NCBI RefSeq assembly: GCF_009914755.1
Contig: NC_060925.1
Strand: one strand, 5' to 3'
Source: the human T2T-CHM13v2.0 reference genome, Homo sapiens
Length of the DNA: 64,000 nucleotides
The notes beneath the pieces are model-generated. The model was not told the origin of the DNA. It was given only the letters and a program-made list of their open reading frames with translations, and ran no database searches. This document shows positions 44,052-58,300 of this stretch, in pieces (the stretch's first letter is position 1; every line of letters starts with the position of its first letter). The translations under genes were made by a program, and so were the position numbers.

Positions 44052-47000
44052 ATGGAATCGTCATCGAATGAATTGAATGCAATCATCGAATGGTCTCGAA
44101 TGGAATCATCTTCTAATGGAAAGGAATGGAATCATCGCATAGAATCGAATGGAATTATCATCGAATGGAATCGAATGGTATCAACACCAAACGGAAAAAA
44201 ACGGAATTATCGAATGGAATCGAAGAGAATCTTCGAACGGACCCGAATGGAATCATCTAATGGAATGGAATGGAATAATCCATGGACTCGAATGCAATCA
44301 TCATCGAATGGAATCGAATGGAGTCATCGAATGGACTCGAATGGAATAATCATTGAACGGAATCGAATGGAATCATCATCGGATGGAAACGAATGGAATC
44401 ATCATCGAATGGAAATGAAAGGAGTCATCATCTAATGGAATTGCATGGAATCATCATAAAATGCAATCGAATGGAATCAACATCAAATGGAATCAAATGG
44501 AATCATTGAACGGAATTGAATGGAATCGTCATCGAATGAATTGACTGCAATCATCGAATGGTCTCGAATGGAATCATCTTCAAATGGAATGGAATGGAAT
44601 CATCGCATAGAATCGAATGGAATTATCATCGAATGGAATCGAATGGAATCAACATCAAACGGAAAAAAACAGAATTATCGTATGGAATCTAAGAGAATCA
44701 TCGAATGGACCCGAATGGAATCATCTAATGGAATGGAATGGAATAATCCATGGACTCGAATGCAATCATCATCGAATGGAATCGAATGGAATCATCGAAT
44801 GGACTCGAATGGAATAATCATTGAACGGAATCGAATGGAATCATCATCGGATGGAAATGAATGGAATCATCATCGAATGGAATCGAATAGAATTATGGAA
44901 TGAAATCCAGTGTGATCATCATCGAATGGACCCGAATGGAATCATCATCCAACGGAAGCTAATGGAATCAACATCGAATGAATCGAATGGAAACACCATC
45001 GAATTGAAACGAATGGAATTATCATGAAATTGAAATGGATGGACACATCATCGAATGGATTCGAATGGAATCATCGAATAAAATTGATTGAAATCATCAT
45101 CAAATGGAATCGAATGGTATCATTGAATGGAATCGAATGGAATCATCATCAGATGGAAATGAATGGAATCGTCATAGAATGGAATCGAATGGATTCATTG
45201 AATGGAATCAGATGGAATCATCGAATGGACTGGAATGGAATCATTGAATGGACTCGAAAGGGATCATTATTGAATGGAATTGAATGGAATCATCGAATGG
45301 TCTCGATTGGAATCATTACCAAATGGAATCGAATGGAATCACCGAATAGAATCGAATGGAACAATCATCGAATGGACTCAAATGGAATTATCCTCAAATG
45401 GAATCGAATGGAATTATCGAATGCAATCGAATGGAATTATCGAATGCAATCGAATAGAATCATCGAATGGACTCGAATGGAATCATCGAATGGAATGGAA
45501 TGGAACAGTCAATGAACTCGAATGGAATCATCATTGAATGGAATCGAATGGAATCATCGAGTGGAATCGAATGGAATTATGATCAAATGGAATCAAATGT
45601 AATCATCATCAAATGGAATCAAAAATAACCATCATCAATTGGTATTGAATGGAATTGTCATCAAATGGAATTCAAAGGAATCATCATCAAATGGAACCGA
45701 ATGGAATCCTCATTGAATGGAAATGAAAGGGGTCATCATCTAATGGAATCGCATGGAATCATCATCAAATGGAATCGAATGGAATCATCATCAAATGGAA
45801 TCTAATGGAATCATTGAACAGAATTGAATGGAATCGTCATCGAATGAATTGAATGCAATCATCGAATGGTCTCGAATGGAATCATCTTCTAATGGAAAGG
45901 AATGGAATCATCGCATAGAATCGAATGGAATTATCATCGAATGGAATCGAATGGTATCAACACCAAACGGAAAAAAACGGAATTATCGAATGGAATCGAA
46001 GAGAATCTTCGAACGGACCCGAATGGAATCATCTAATGGAATGGAATGGAATAATCCATGGACTCGAATGCAATCATCATCGAATGGAATCGAATGGAAT
46101 CATCGAATGGACTCGAATGGAATAATCATTGAACGGAATCGAATGGAATCATCATCGGATGGAAATGAATGGAATCATCATCGAATGGAAATGAAAGGAG
46201 TCATCATCTAATGGAATTGCATGGAATCATCATAAAATGGAATCGAATGGAATCAACCTCAAATGGAATCAAATGGAATCATTGAACGGAATTGAATGGA
46301 ATCGTCATCGAATGAATTGACTGCAATCATCGAATGGTCTCGAATGGAATCATCTTCAAATGGAATGGAATGGAATCATCGCATAGAATCGAATGGAATT
46401 ATCATCGAATGGAATCGAATGGAATCAACATCAAACGGAAAAAAACGGAATTATCGAATGGAATCGAAGAGAATCATCGAATGGACCCGAATGGAATCAT
46501 CTAATGGAATGGAATGGAATAATCCATGGACTCGAATGCAATCATCATCGAATGGAATCGAATGGAATCATCGAATGGACTCGAATGGAATAATCATTGA
46601 ACGGAATCGAATGGAATCATCATCGGATGGAAATGAATGGAATCATCATCGAATGGAATCGAATAGAATTATGGAATGAAATCCAGTGTGATCATCATCG
46701 AATGGACCCGAATGGAATCATCATCCAACGGAAGCTAATGGAATCAACATCGAATGAATCGAATGGAAACACCATCGAATTGAAACGAATGGAATTATCA
46801 TGAAATTGAAATGGATGGACTCATCATCGAATGGATTCGAATGGAATCATCGAATAAAATTGATTGAAATCATCATCCAATGGAATCGAATGGTATCATT
46901 GAATGGAATCGAATGGAATCATCATCAGATGGAAATGAATGGAATCGTCATAGAATGGAATCGAATGGATTCATTGAATGGAATCAGATGGAATCATCGA

Positions 47001-47603
47001 ATGGACTGCAATGGAATCATTGAATGGACTCGAAAGGGATCATTATTGAATGGAATTGAATGGAATCATCGAATGGTCTCGATTGGAATCATTATCAAAT
47101 GGAATCGAATGGAATCACCGAATAGAATCGAATGGAACAATCATCGAATGGACTCAAATGGAATTATCCTCCAATGGAATCGAATGAAATTATCGAATGC
47201 AATCGAATGGAATTATCGAATGCAATCGAATAGAATCATCGAATGGACTCGAATGGAATCATCGAATGGAATGGAATGGAACAGTCAATGAACTCGAATG
47301 GAATCATCATTGAATGGAATCGAATGGAATCATCGAGTGGAATCGAATGGAATTATGATCAAATGGAATCGAATGTAATCATCATCAAATGGAATCAAAA
47401 ATAACCATCATCAATTGGTATTGAATGGAATTGTCATCAAATGGAATTCAAAGGAATCATCATCAAATGGAACCGAATGGAATCCTCATTGAATGGAAAT
47501 GAAAGGGGTCATCATCTAATGGAATCGCATGGAATCATCATCAAATGGAATCGAATGGAATCATCATCAAATGGAATCTAATGGAATCATTGAACAGAAT
47601 TGA

Positions 47604-49356
47604 ATGGAATCGTCATCGAATGAATTGAATGCAATCATCGAATGGTCTCGAATGGAATCATCTTCTAATGGAAAGGAATGGAATCATCGCATAGAATCGA
47701 ATGGAATTATCATCGAATGGAATCGAATGGTATCAACACCAAACGGAAAAATACGGAATTATCGAATGGAATCGAAGAGAATCTTCGAACGGACCCGAAT
47801 GGAATCATCTAATGGAATGGAATGGAATAATCCATGGACTCGAATGCAATCATCATCGAATAGAATGGAATGGAATCATCGAATGGACTCGAATGGAATA
47901 ATCATTGAACGGAATCGAATGGAATCATCATCGGATGGAAACGAATGGAATCATCATCGAATGGAAATGAAAGGAGTCATCATCTAATGGAATTGCATGG
48001 AATCATCATAAAATGGAATCGAATGGAATCAACATCAAATGGAATCAAATGGAATCATTGAACGGAATTGAATGGAATCGTCATCGAATGAATTGACTGC
48101 AATCATCGAATGGTCTCGAATGGAATCATCTTCAAATGGAATGGAATGGAATCATCGCATAGAATCGAATGGAATTATCATCGAATGGAATCGAATGGAA
48201 TCAACATCAAACGGAAAAAAACGGAATTATCGAATGGAATCGAAGAGAATCATCGAATGGACCCGAATGGAATCATCTAATGGAATGGAATGGAATAATC
48301 CATGGACTCGAATGCAATCATCATCGAATGGAATCGAATGGAATCATCGAATGGACTCGAATGGAGTAATCATTGAACGGAATCGAATGGAATCATCATC
48401 GGATGGAAATGAATGGAATCATCATCGAATGGAATCGAATAGAATTATGGAATGAAATCCAGTGTGATCATCATCGAATGGACCCGAATGGAATCATCAT
48501 CCAACGGAAGCTAATGGAATCAACATCGAATGAATCGAATGGAAACACCATCGAATTGAAACGAATGGAATTATCATGAAATTGAAATGGATGGACTCAT
48601 CATCGAATGGATTCGAATGGAATCATCGAATAAAATTGATTGAAATCATCATCCAATGGAATCGAATGGTATCGTTGAATGGAAACGAATGGAATCATCA
48701 TCAGATGGAAATGAATGGAATCGTCATAGAATGGAATCGAATGGATTCATTGAATGGAATCAGATGGAATCATCGAATGGACTGGAATGGAATCATTGAA
48801 TGGACTCGAAAGGGATCATTATTGAATGGAATTGAATGGAATCATCGAATGGTCTCGATTGGAATCATTATCAAATGGAATCGAATGGAATCACCGAATA
48901 GAATCGAATGGAACAATCATCGAATGGACTCAAATGGAATTATCCTCCAATGGAAACGAATGGAATTATCGAATGCAATCGAATAGAATCATCGAATGGA
49001 CTCGAATGGAATCATCGAATGGAATGGAATGGAACAGTCAATGAACTCGAATGGAATCATCATTGAATGGAATCGAATGGAATCATCGAGTGGAATCGAA
49101 TGGAATTATGATCAAATGGAATCGAATGTAATCATCATCAAATGGAATCAAAAATAACCATCATCAATTGGTATTGAATGGAATTGTCATCAAATGGAAT
49201 TCAAAGGAATCATCATCAAATGGAACCGAATGGAATCCTCATTGAATGGAAATGAAAGGGGTCATCATCTAATGGAATCGCATGGAATCATCATCAAATG
49301 GAATCGAATGGAATCATCATCAAATGGAATCTAATGGAATCATTGAACAGAATTGA
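47604..49356 (+). repeat. 1,753-bp variant unit (loss of one 23-mer)
   Basis: Anchor spacing 1753; single GAATGGAATTATCGAATGCAATC at 48958-48980. Confidence 0.92.
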
Positions 49357-52300
49357 ATGGAATCGTCATCGAATGAATTGAATGCAATCATCGAATGGTC
49401 TCGAATGGAATCATCTTCTAATGGAAAGGAATGGAATCATCGCATAGAATCGAATGGAATTATCATCGAATGGAATCAAATGGTATCAACACCAAACGGA
49501 AAAAAACGGAATTATCGAATGGAATCGAAGAGAATCTTCGAACGGACCCAAATGGAATCATCTAATGGAATGGAATGGAATAATCCATGGACTCGAATGC
49601 AATCATCATCGAATGGAATGGAATGGAATCATCGAATGGACTCGAATGGAATAATCATTGAACGGAATCGAATGGAATCATCATCGGATGGAAACGAATG
49701 GAATCATCATCGAATGGAAATGAAAGGAGTCATCATCTAATGGAATTGCATGGAATCATCATAAAATGGAATCGAATGGAATCAACATCAAATGGAATCA
49801 AATGGAATCATTGAACGGAATTGAATGGAATCGTCATCGAATGAATTGACTGCAATCATCGAATGGTCTCGAATGGAATCATCTTCAAATGGAATGGAAT
49901 GGAATCATCGCATAGAATCGAATGGAATTATCATCGAATGGAATCGAATGGAATCAACATCAAACGGAAAAAAACAGAATTATCGTGTGGAATCTAAGAG
50001 AATCATCGAATGGACCCGAATGGAATCATCTAATGGAATGGAATGGAATAATCCATGGACTCGAATGCAATCATCATCGAATGGAATCGAATGGAATCAT
50101 CGAATGGACTCGAATGGAATAATCATTGAACGGAATCGAATGGAATCATCATCGGATGGAAATGAATGGAATCATCATCGAATGGAATCGAATAGAATTA
50201 TGGAATGAAATCCAGTGTGATCATCATCGAATGGACCCGAATGGAATCATCATCCAACGGAAGCTAATGGAATCAACATCGAATGAATCGAATGGAACCA
50301 CCATCGAATTGAAACGAATGGAATTATCATGAAATTGAAATGGATGGACACATCATCGAATGGATTCGAATGGAATCATCGAATAAAATTGATTGAAATC
50401 ATCATCAAATGGAATCGAATGGTATCATTGAATGGAATCGAATGGAATCATCATCAGATGGAAATGAATGGAATCGTCATAGAATGGAATCGAATGGATT
50501 CATTGAATGGAATCAGATGGAATCATCGAATGGACTGGAATGGAATCATTGAATGGACTCGAAAGGGATCATTATTGAATGGAATTGAATGGAATCATCG
50601 AATGGTCTCGATTGGAATCATTACCAAATGGAATCGAATGGAATCACCGAATAGAATCGAATGGAACAATCATCGAATGGACTCAAATGGAATTATCCTC
50701 AAATGGAATCGAATGGAATTATCGAATGCAATCGAATGGAATTATCGAATGCAATCGAATAGAATCATCGAATGGACTCGAATGGAATCATCGAATGGAA
50801 TGGAATGGAACAGTCAATGAACTCGAATGGAATCATCATTGAATGGAATCGAATGGAATCATCGAGTGGAATCGAATGGAATTATGATCAAATGGAATCG
50901 AATGTAATCATCATCAAATGGAATCAAAAATAACCATCATCAATTGGTATTGAATGGAATTGTCATCAAATGGAATTCAAAGGAATCATCATCAAATGGA
51001 ACCGAATGGAATCCTCATTGAATGGAAATGAAAGGGGTCATCATCTAATGGAATCGCATGGAATCATCATCAAATGGAATCGAATGGAATCATCATCAAA
51101 TGGAATCTAATGGAATCATTGAACAGAATTGAATGGAATCGTCATCGAATGAATTGAATGCAATCATCGAATGGTCTCGAATGGAATCATCTTCTAATGG
51201 AAAGGAATGGAATCATCGCATAGAATCGAATGGAATTATCATCGAATGGAATCGAATGGTATCAACACCAAACGGAAAAAAACGGAATTATCGAATGGAA
51301 TCGAAGAGAATCTTCGAACGGACCCGAATGGAATCATCTAATGGAATGGAATGGAATAATCCATGGACTCGAATGCAATCATCATCGAATGGAATCGAAT
51401 GGAGTCATCGAATGGACTCGAATGGAATAATCATTGAACGGAATCGAATGGAATCATCATCGGATGGAAACGAATGGAATCATCATCGAATGGAAATGAA
51501 AGGAGTCATCATCTAATGGAATTGCATGGAATCATCATAAAATGGAATCGAATGGAATCAACCTCAAATGGAATCAAATGGAATCATTGAACGGAATTGA
51601 ATGGAATCGTCATCGAATGAATTGACTGCAATCATCGAATGGTCTCGAATGGAATCATCTTCAAATGGAATGGAATGGAATCATCGCATAGAATCGAATG
51701 GAATTATCATCGAATGGAATCGAATGGAATCAACATCAAACGGAAAAAAACGGAATTATCGAATGGAATCGAAGAGAATCATCGAATGGACCCGAATGGA
51801 ATCATCTAATGGAATGGAATGGAATAATCCATAGACTCGAATGCAATCATCATCGAATGGAATCGAATGGAATCATCGAATGGACTCGAATGGAATAATC
51901 ATTGAACGGAATCGAATGGAATCATCATCGGATGGAAATGAATGGAATCATCATCGAATGGAATCGAATAGAATTATGGAATGAAATCCAGTGTGATCAT
52001 CATCGAATGGACCCGAATGGAATCATCATCCAACGGAAGCTAATGGAATCAACATCGAATGAATCGAATGGAAACACCATCGAATTGAAACGAATGGAAT
52101 TATCATGAAATTGAAATGGATGGACTCATCATCGAATGGATTCGAATGGAATCATCGAATAAAATTGATTGAAATCATCATCCAATGGAATCGAATGGTA
52201 TCATTGAATGGAATCGAATGGAATCATCATCAGATGGAAATGAATGGAATCGTCATAGAATGGAATCGAATGGATTCATTGAATGGAATCAGATGGAATC

Positions 52301-55300
52301 ATCGAATGGACTGGAATGGAATCATTGAATGGACTCGAAAGGGATCATTATTGAATGGAATTGAATGGAATCATCGAATGGTCTCGATTGGAATCATTAT
52401 CAAATGGAATCGAATGGAATCACCGAATAGAATCGAATGGAACAATCATCGAATGGACTCAAATGGAATTATCCTCCAATGGAATCGAATGAAATTATCG
52501 AATGCAATCGAATGGAATTATCGAATGCAATCGAATAGAATCATCGAATGGACTCGAATGGAATCATCGAATGGAATGGAATGGAACAGTCAATGAACTC
52601 GAATGGAATCATCATTGAATGGAATCGAATGGAATCATCGAGTGGAATCGAATGGAATTATGATCAAATGGAATCGAATGTAATCATCATCAAATGGAAT
52701 CAAAAATAACCATCATCAATTGGTATTGAATGGAATTGTCATCAAATGGAATTCAAAGGAATCATCATCAAGTGGAACCGAATGGAATCCTCATTGAATG
52801 GAAATGAAAGGGGTCATCATCTAATGGAATCGCATGGAATCATCATCAAATGGAATCGAATGGAATCATCATCAAATGGAATCTAATGGAATCATTGAAC
52901 AGAATTGAATGGAATCGTCATCGAATGAATTGAATGCAATCATCGAATGGTCTCGAATGGAATCATCTTCTAATGGAAAGGAATGGAATCATCGCATAGA
53001 ATCGAATGGAATTATCATCGAATGGAATCGAATGGTATCAACACCAAACGGAAAAATACGGAATTATCGAATGGAATCGAAGAGAATCTTCGAACGGACC
53101 CGAATGGAATCATCTAATGGAATGGAATGGAATAATCCATGGACTCGAATGCAATCATCATCGAATGGAATGGAATGGAATCATCGAATGGACTCGAATG
53201 GAATAATCATTGAACGGAATCGAATGGAATCATCATCGGATGGAAACGAATGGAATCATCATCGAATGGAAATGAAAGGAGTCATCATCTAATGGAATTG
53301 CATGGAATCATCATAAAATGGAATCGAATGGAATCAACATCAAATGGAATCAAATGGAATCATTGAACGGAATTGAATGGAATCGTCATCGAATGAATTG
53401 ACTGCAATCATCGAATGGTCTCGAATGGAATCATCTTCAAATGGAATGGAATGGAATCATCGCATAGAATCGAATGGAATTATCATCGAATGGAATCGAA
53501 TGGAATCAACATCAAACGGAAAAAAACGGAATTATCGAATGGAATCGAAGAGAATCATCGAATGGACCCGAATGGAATCATCTAATGGAATGGAATGGAA
53601 TAATCCATGGACTCGAATGCAATCATCATCGAATGGAATCGAATGGAATCATCGAATGGACTCGAATGGAATAATCATTGAACGGAATCGAATGGAATCA
53701 TCATCGGATGGAAATGAATGGAATCATCATCGAATGGAATCGAATAGAATTATGGAATGAAATCCAGTGTGATCATCATCGAATGGACCCGAATGGAATC
53801 ATCATCCAACGGAAGCTAATGGAATCAACATCGAATGAATCGAATGGAAACACCATCGAATTGAAACGAATGGAATTATCATGAAATTGAAATGGATGGA
53901 CTCATCATCGAATGGATTCGAATGGAATCATCGAATAAAATTGATTGAAATCATCATCCAATGGAATCGAATGGTATCATTGAATGGAAACGAATGGAAT
54001 CATCATCAGATGGAAATGAATGGAATCGTCATAGAATGGAATCGAATGGATTCATTGAATGGAATCAGATGGAATCATCGAATGGACTGGAATGCAATCA
54101 TTGAATGGACTCGAAAGGGATCATTATTGAATGGAATTGAATGGAATCATCGAATGGTCTCGATTGGAATCATTATCAAATGGAATCGAATGGAATCACC
54201 GAATAGAATCGAATGGAACAATCATCGAATGGACTCAAATGGAATTATCCTCAAATGGAATCGAATGGAATTATCGAATGCAATCGAATGGAATTATCGA
54301 ATGCAATCGAATAGAATCATCGAATGGACTCGAATGGAATCATCGAATGGAATGGAATGGAACAGTCAATGAACTCGAATGGAATCATCATTGATTGGAA
54401 TCGAATGGAATCATCGAGTGGAATCGAATGGAATTATGATCAAATGGAATCGAATGTAATCATCATCAAATGGAATCAAAAATAACCATCATCAATTGGT
54501 ATTGAATGGAATTGTCATCAAATGGAATTCAAAGGAATCATCATCAAATGGAACCGAATGGAATCCTCATTGAATGGAAATGAAAGGGGTCATCATCTAA
54601 TGGAATCGCATGGAATCATCATCAAATGGAATCGAATGGAATCATCATCAAATGGAATCTAATGGAATCATTGAACAGAATTGAATGGAATCGTCATCGA
54701 ATGAATTGAATGCAATCATCGAATGGTCTCGAATGGAATCATCTTCTAATGGAAAGGAATGGAATCATCGCATAGAATCGAATGGAATTATCATCGAATG
54801 GAATCGAATGGTATCAACACCAAACGGAAAAAAACGGAATTATCGAATGGAATCGAAGAGAATCTTCGAACGGACCCGAATGGAATCATCTAATGGAATG
54901 GAATGGAATAATCCATGGACTCGAATGCAATCATCATCGAATGGAATCGAATGGAGTCATCGAATGGACTCGAATGGAATAATCATTGAACGGAATCGAA
55001 TGGAATCATCATCGGACGGAAACGAATGGAATCATCATCGAATGGAAATGAAAGGAGTCATCATCTAATGGAATTGCATGGAAACATCATAAAATGCAAT
55101 CGAATGGAATCAACATCAAATGGAATCAAATGGAATCATTGAACGGAATTGAATGGAATCGTCATCGAATGAATTGACTGCAATCATCGAATGGTCTCGA
55201 ATGGAATCATCTTCAAATGGAATGGAATGGAATCATCGCATAGAATCGAATGGAATTATCATCGAATGGAATCGAATGGAATCAACATCAAACGGAAAAA

Positions 55301-58300
55301 AACAGAATTATCGTGTGGAATCTAAGAGAATCATCGAATGGACCCGAATGGAATCATCTAATGGAATGGAATGGAATAATCCATGGACTCGAATGCAATC
55401 ATCATCGAATGGAATCGAATGGAATCATCGAATGGACTCGAATGGAATAATCATTGAACGGAATCGAATGGAATCATCATCGGATGGAAATGAATGGAAT
55501 CATCATCGAATGGAATCGAATAGAATTATGGAATGAAATCCAGTGTGATCATCATCGAATGGACCCGAATGGAATCATCATCCAACGGAAGCTAATGGAA
55601 TCAACATCGAATGAATCGAATGGAACCACCATCGAATTGAAACGAATGGAATTATCATGAAATTGAAATGGATGGACACATCATCGAATGGATTCGAATG
55701 GAATCATCGAATAAAATTGATTGAAATCATCATCAAATGGAATCGAATGGTATCATTGAATGGAATCGAATGGAATCATCATCAGATGGAAATGAATGGA
55801 ATCGTCATAGAATGGAATCGAATGGATTCATTGAATGGAATCAGATGGAATCATCGAATGGACTGGAATGGAATCATTGAATGGACTCGAAAGGGATCAT
55901 TATTGAATGGAATTGAATGGAATCATCGAATGGTCTCGATTGGAATCATTACCAAATGGAATCGAATGGAATCACCGAATAGAATCGAATGGAACAATCA
56001 TCGAATGGACTCAAATGGAATTATCCTCAAATGGAATCGAATGGAATTATCGAATGCAATCGAATGGGATTATCGAATGCATTCGAATAGAATCATCGAA
56101 TGGACTCGAATGGAATCATCGAATGGAATGGAATGGAACAGTCAATGAACTCGAATGGAATCATCATTGAATGGAATCGAATGGAATCATCGAGTGGAAT
56201 CGAATGGAATTATGATCAAATGGAATCGAATGTATTCATCATCAAATGGAATCAAAAATAACCATCATCAATTGGTATTGAATGGAATTGTCATCAAATG
56301 GAATTCAAAGGAATCATCATCAAATGGAACCGAATGGAATCCTCATTGAATGGAAATGAAAGGGGTCATCATCTAATGGAATCGCATGGAATCATCATCA
56401 AATGGAATCGAATGGAATCATCATCAAATGGAATCTAATGGAATCATTGAACAGAATTGAATGGAATCGTCATCGAATGAATTGAATGCAATCATCGAAT
56501 GGTCTCGAATGGAATCATCTTCTAATGGAAAGGAATGGAATCATCGCATAGAATCGAATGGAATTATCATCGAATGGAATCGAATGGTATCAACACCAAA
56601 CGGAAAAAAACGGAATTATCGAATGGAATCGAAGAGAATCTTCGAACGGACCCGAATGGAATCATCTAATGGAATGGAATGGAATAATCCATGGACTCGA
56701 ATGCAATCATCATCGAATGGAATCGAATGGAATCATCGAATGGACTCGAATGGAATAATCATTGAACGGAATCGAATGGAATCATCATCGGATGGAAATG
56801 AATGGAATCATCATCGAATGGAAATGAAAGGAGTCATCATCTAATGGAATTGCATGGAATCATCATAAAATGGAATCGAATGGAATCAACCTCAAATGGA
56901 ATCAAATGGAATCATTGAACGGAATTGAATGGAATCGTCATCGAATGAATTGACTGCAATCATCGAATGGGCTCGAATGGAATCATCTTCAAATGGAATG
57001 GAATGGAATCATCGCATAGAATCGAATGGAATTATCATCGAATGGAATCGAATGGAATCAACATCAAACGGAAAAAAACGGAATTATCGAATGGAATCGA
57101 AGAGAATCATCGAATGGACCCGAATGGAATCATCTAATGGAATGGAATGGAATAATCCATGGACTCGAATGCAATCATCATCGAATGGAATCGAATGGAA
57201 TCATCGAATGGACTCGAATGGAATAATCATTGAACGGAATCGAATGGAATCATCATCGGATGGAAATGAATGGAATCATCATCGAATGGAATCGAATAGA
57301 ATTATGGAATGAAATCCAGTGTGATCATCATCGAATGGACCCGAATGGAATCATCATCCAACGGAAGCTAATGGAATCAACATCGAATGAATCGAATGGA
57401 AACACCATCGAATTGAAACGAATGGAATTATCATGAAATTGAAATGGATGGACTCATCATCGAATGGATTCGAATGGAATCATCGAATAAAATTGATTGA
57501 AATCATCATCCAATGGAATCGAATGGTATCATTGAATGGAATCGAATGGAATCATCATCAGATGGAAATGAATGGAATCGTCATAGAATGGAATCGAATG
57601 GATTCATTGAATGGAATCAGATGGAATCATCGAATGGACTGGAATGGAATCATTGAATGGACTCGAAAGGGATCATTATTGAATGGAATTGAATAGAATC
57701 ATCGAATGGTCTCGATTGGAATCATTATCAAATGGAATCGAATGGAATCACCGAATAGAATCGAATGGAACAATCATCGAATGGACTCAAATGGAATTAT
57801 CCTCAAATGGAATCGAATGGAATTATCGAATGCAATCGAATGGAATTATCGAATGCAATCGAATAGAATCATCGAAAGGACTCGAATGGAATCATCGAAT
57901 GGAATGGAATGGAACAGTCAATGACCTCGAATGGAATCATCATTGAATGGAATCGAATGGAATCATCGAGTGGAATCGAATGGAATTATGATCAAATGGA
58001 ATCGAATGTAATCATCATCAAATGGAATCAAAAATAACCATCATCAATTGGTATTGAATGGAATTGTCATCAAATGGAATTCAAAGGAATCATCATCAAA
58101 TGGAACCGAATGGAATCCTCATTGAATGGAAATGAAAGGGGTCATCATCTAATGGAATCGCATGGAATCATCATCAAATGGAATCGAATGGAATCATCAT
58201 CAAATGGAATCTAATGGAATCATTGAACAGAATTGAATGGAATCGTCATCGAATGAATTGAATGCAATCATCGAATGGTCTCGAATGGAATCATCTTCTA

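Larger units (their letters stand above)
30786..47603 (+). repeat. Tandem duplication of an 8,409-bp five-unit block (30786-39194 and 39195-47603)
   Basis: The unit-length pattern 1331-1776-1750-1776-1776 occurs twice, and many rare variants recur at offset 8409. Confidence 0.9.
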
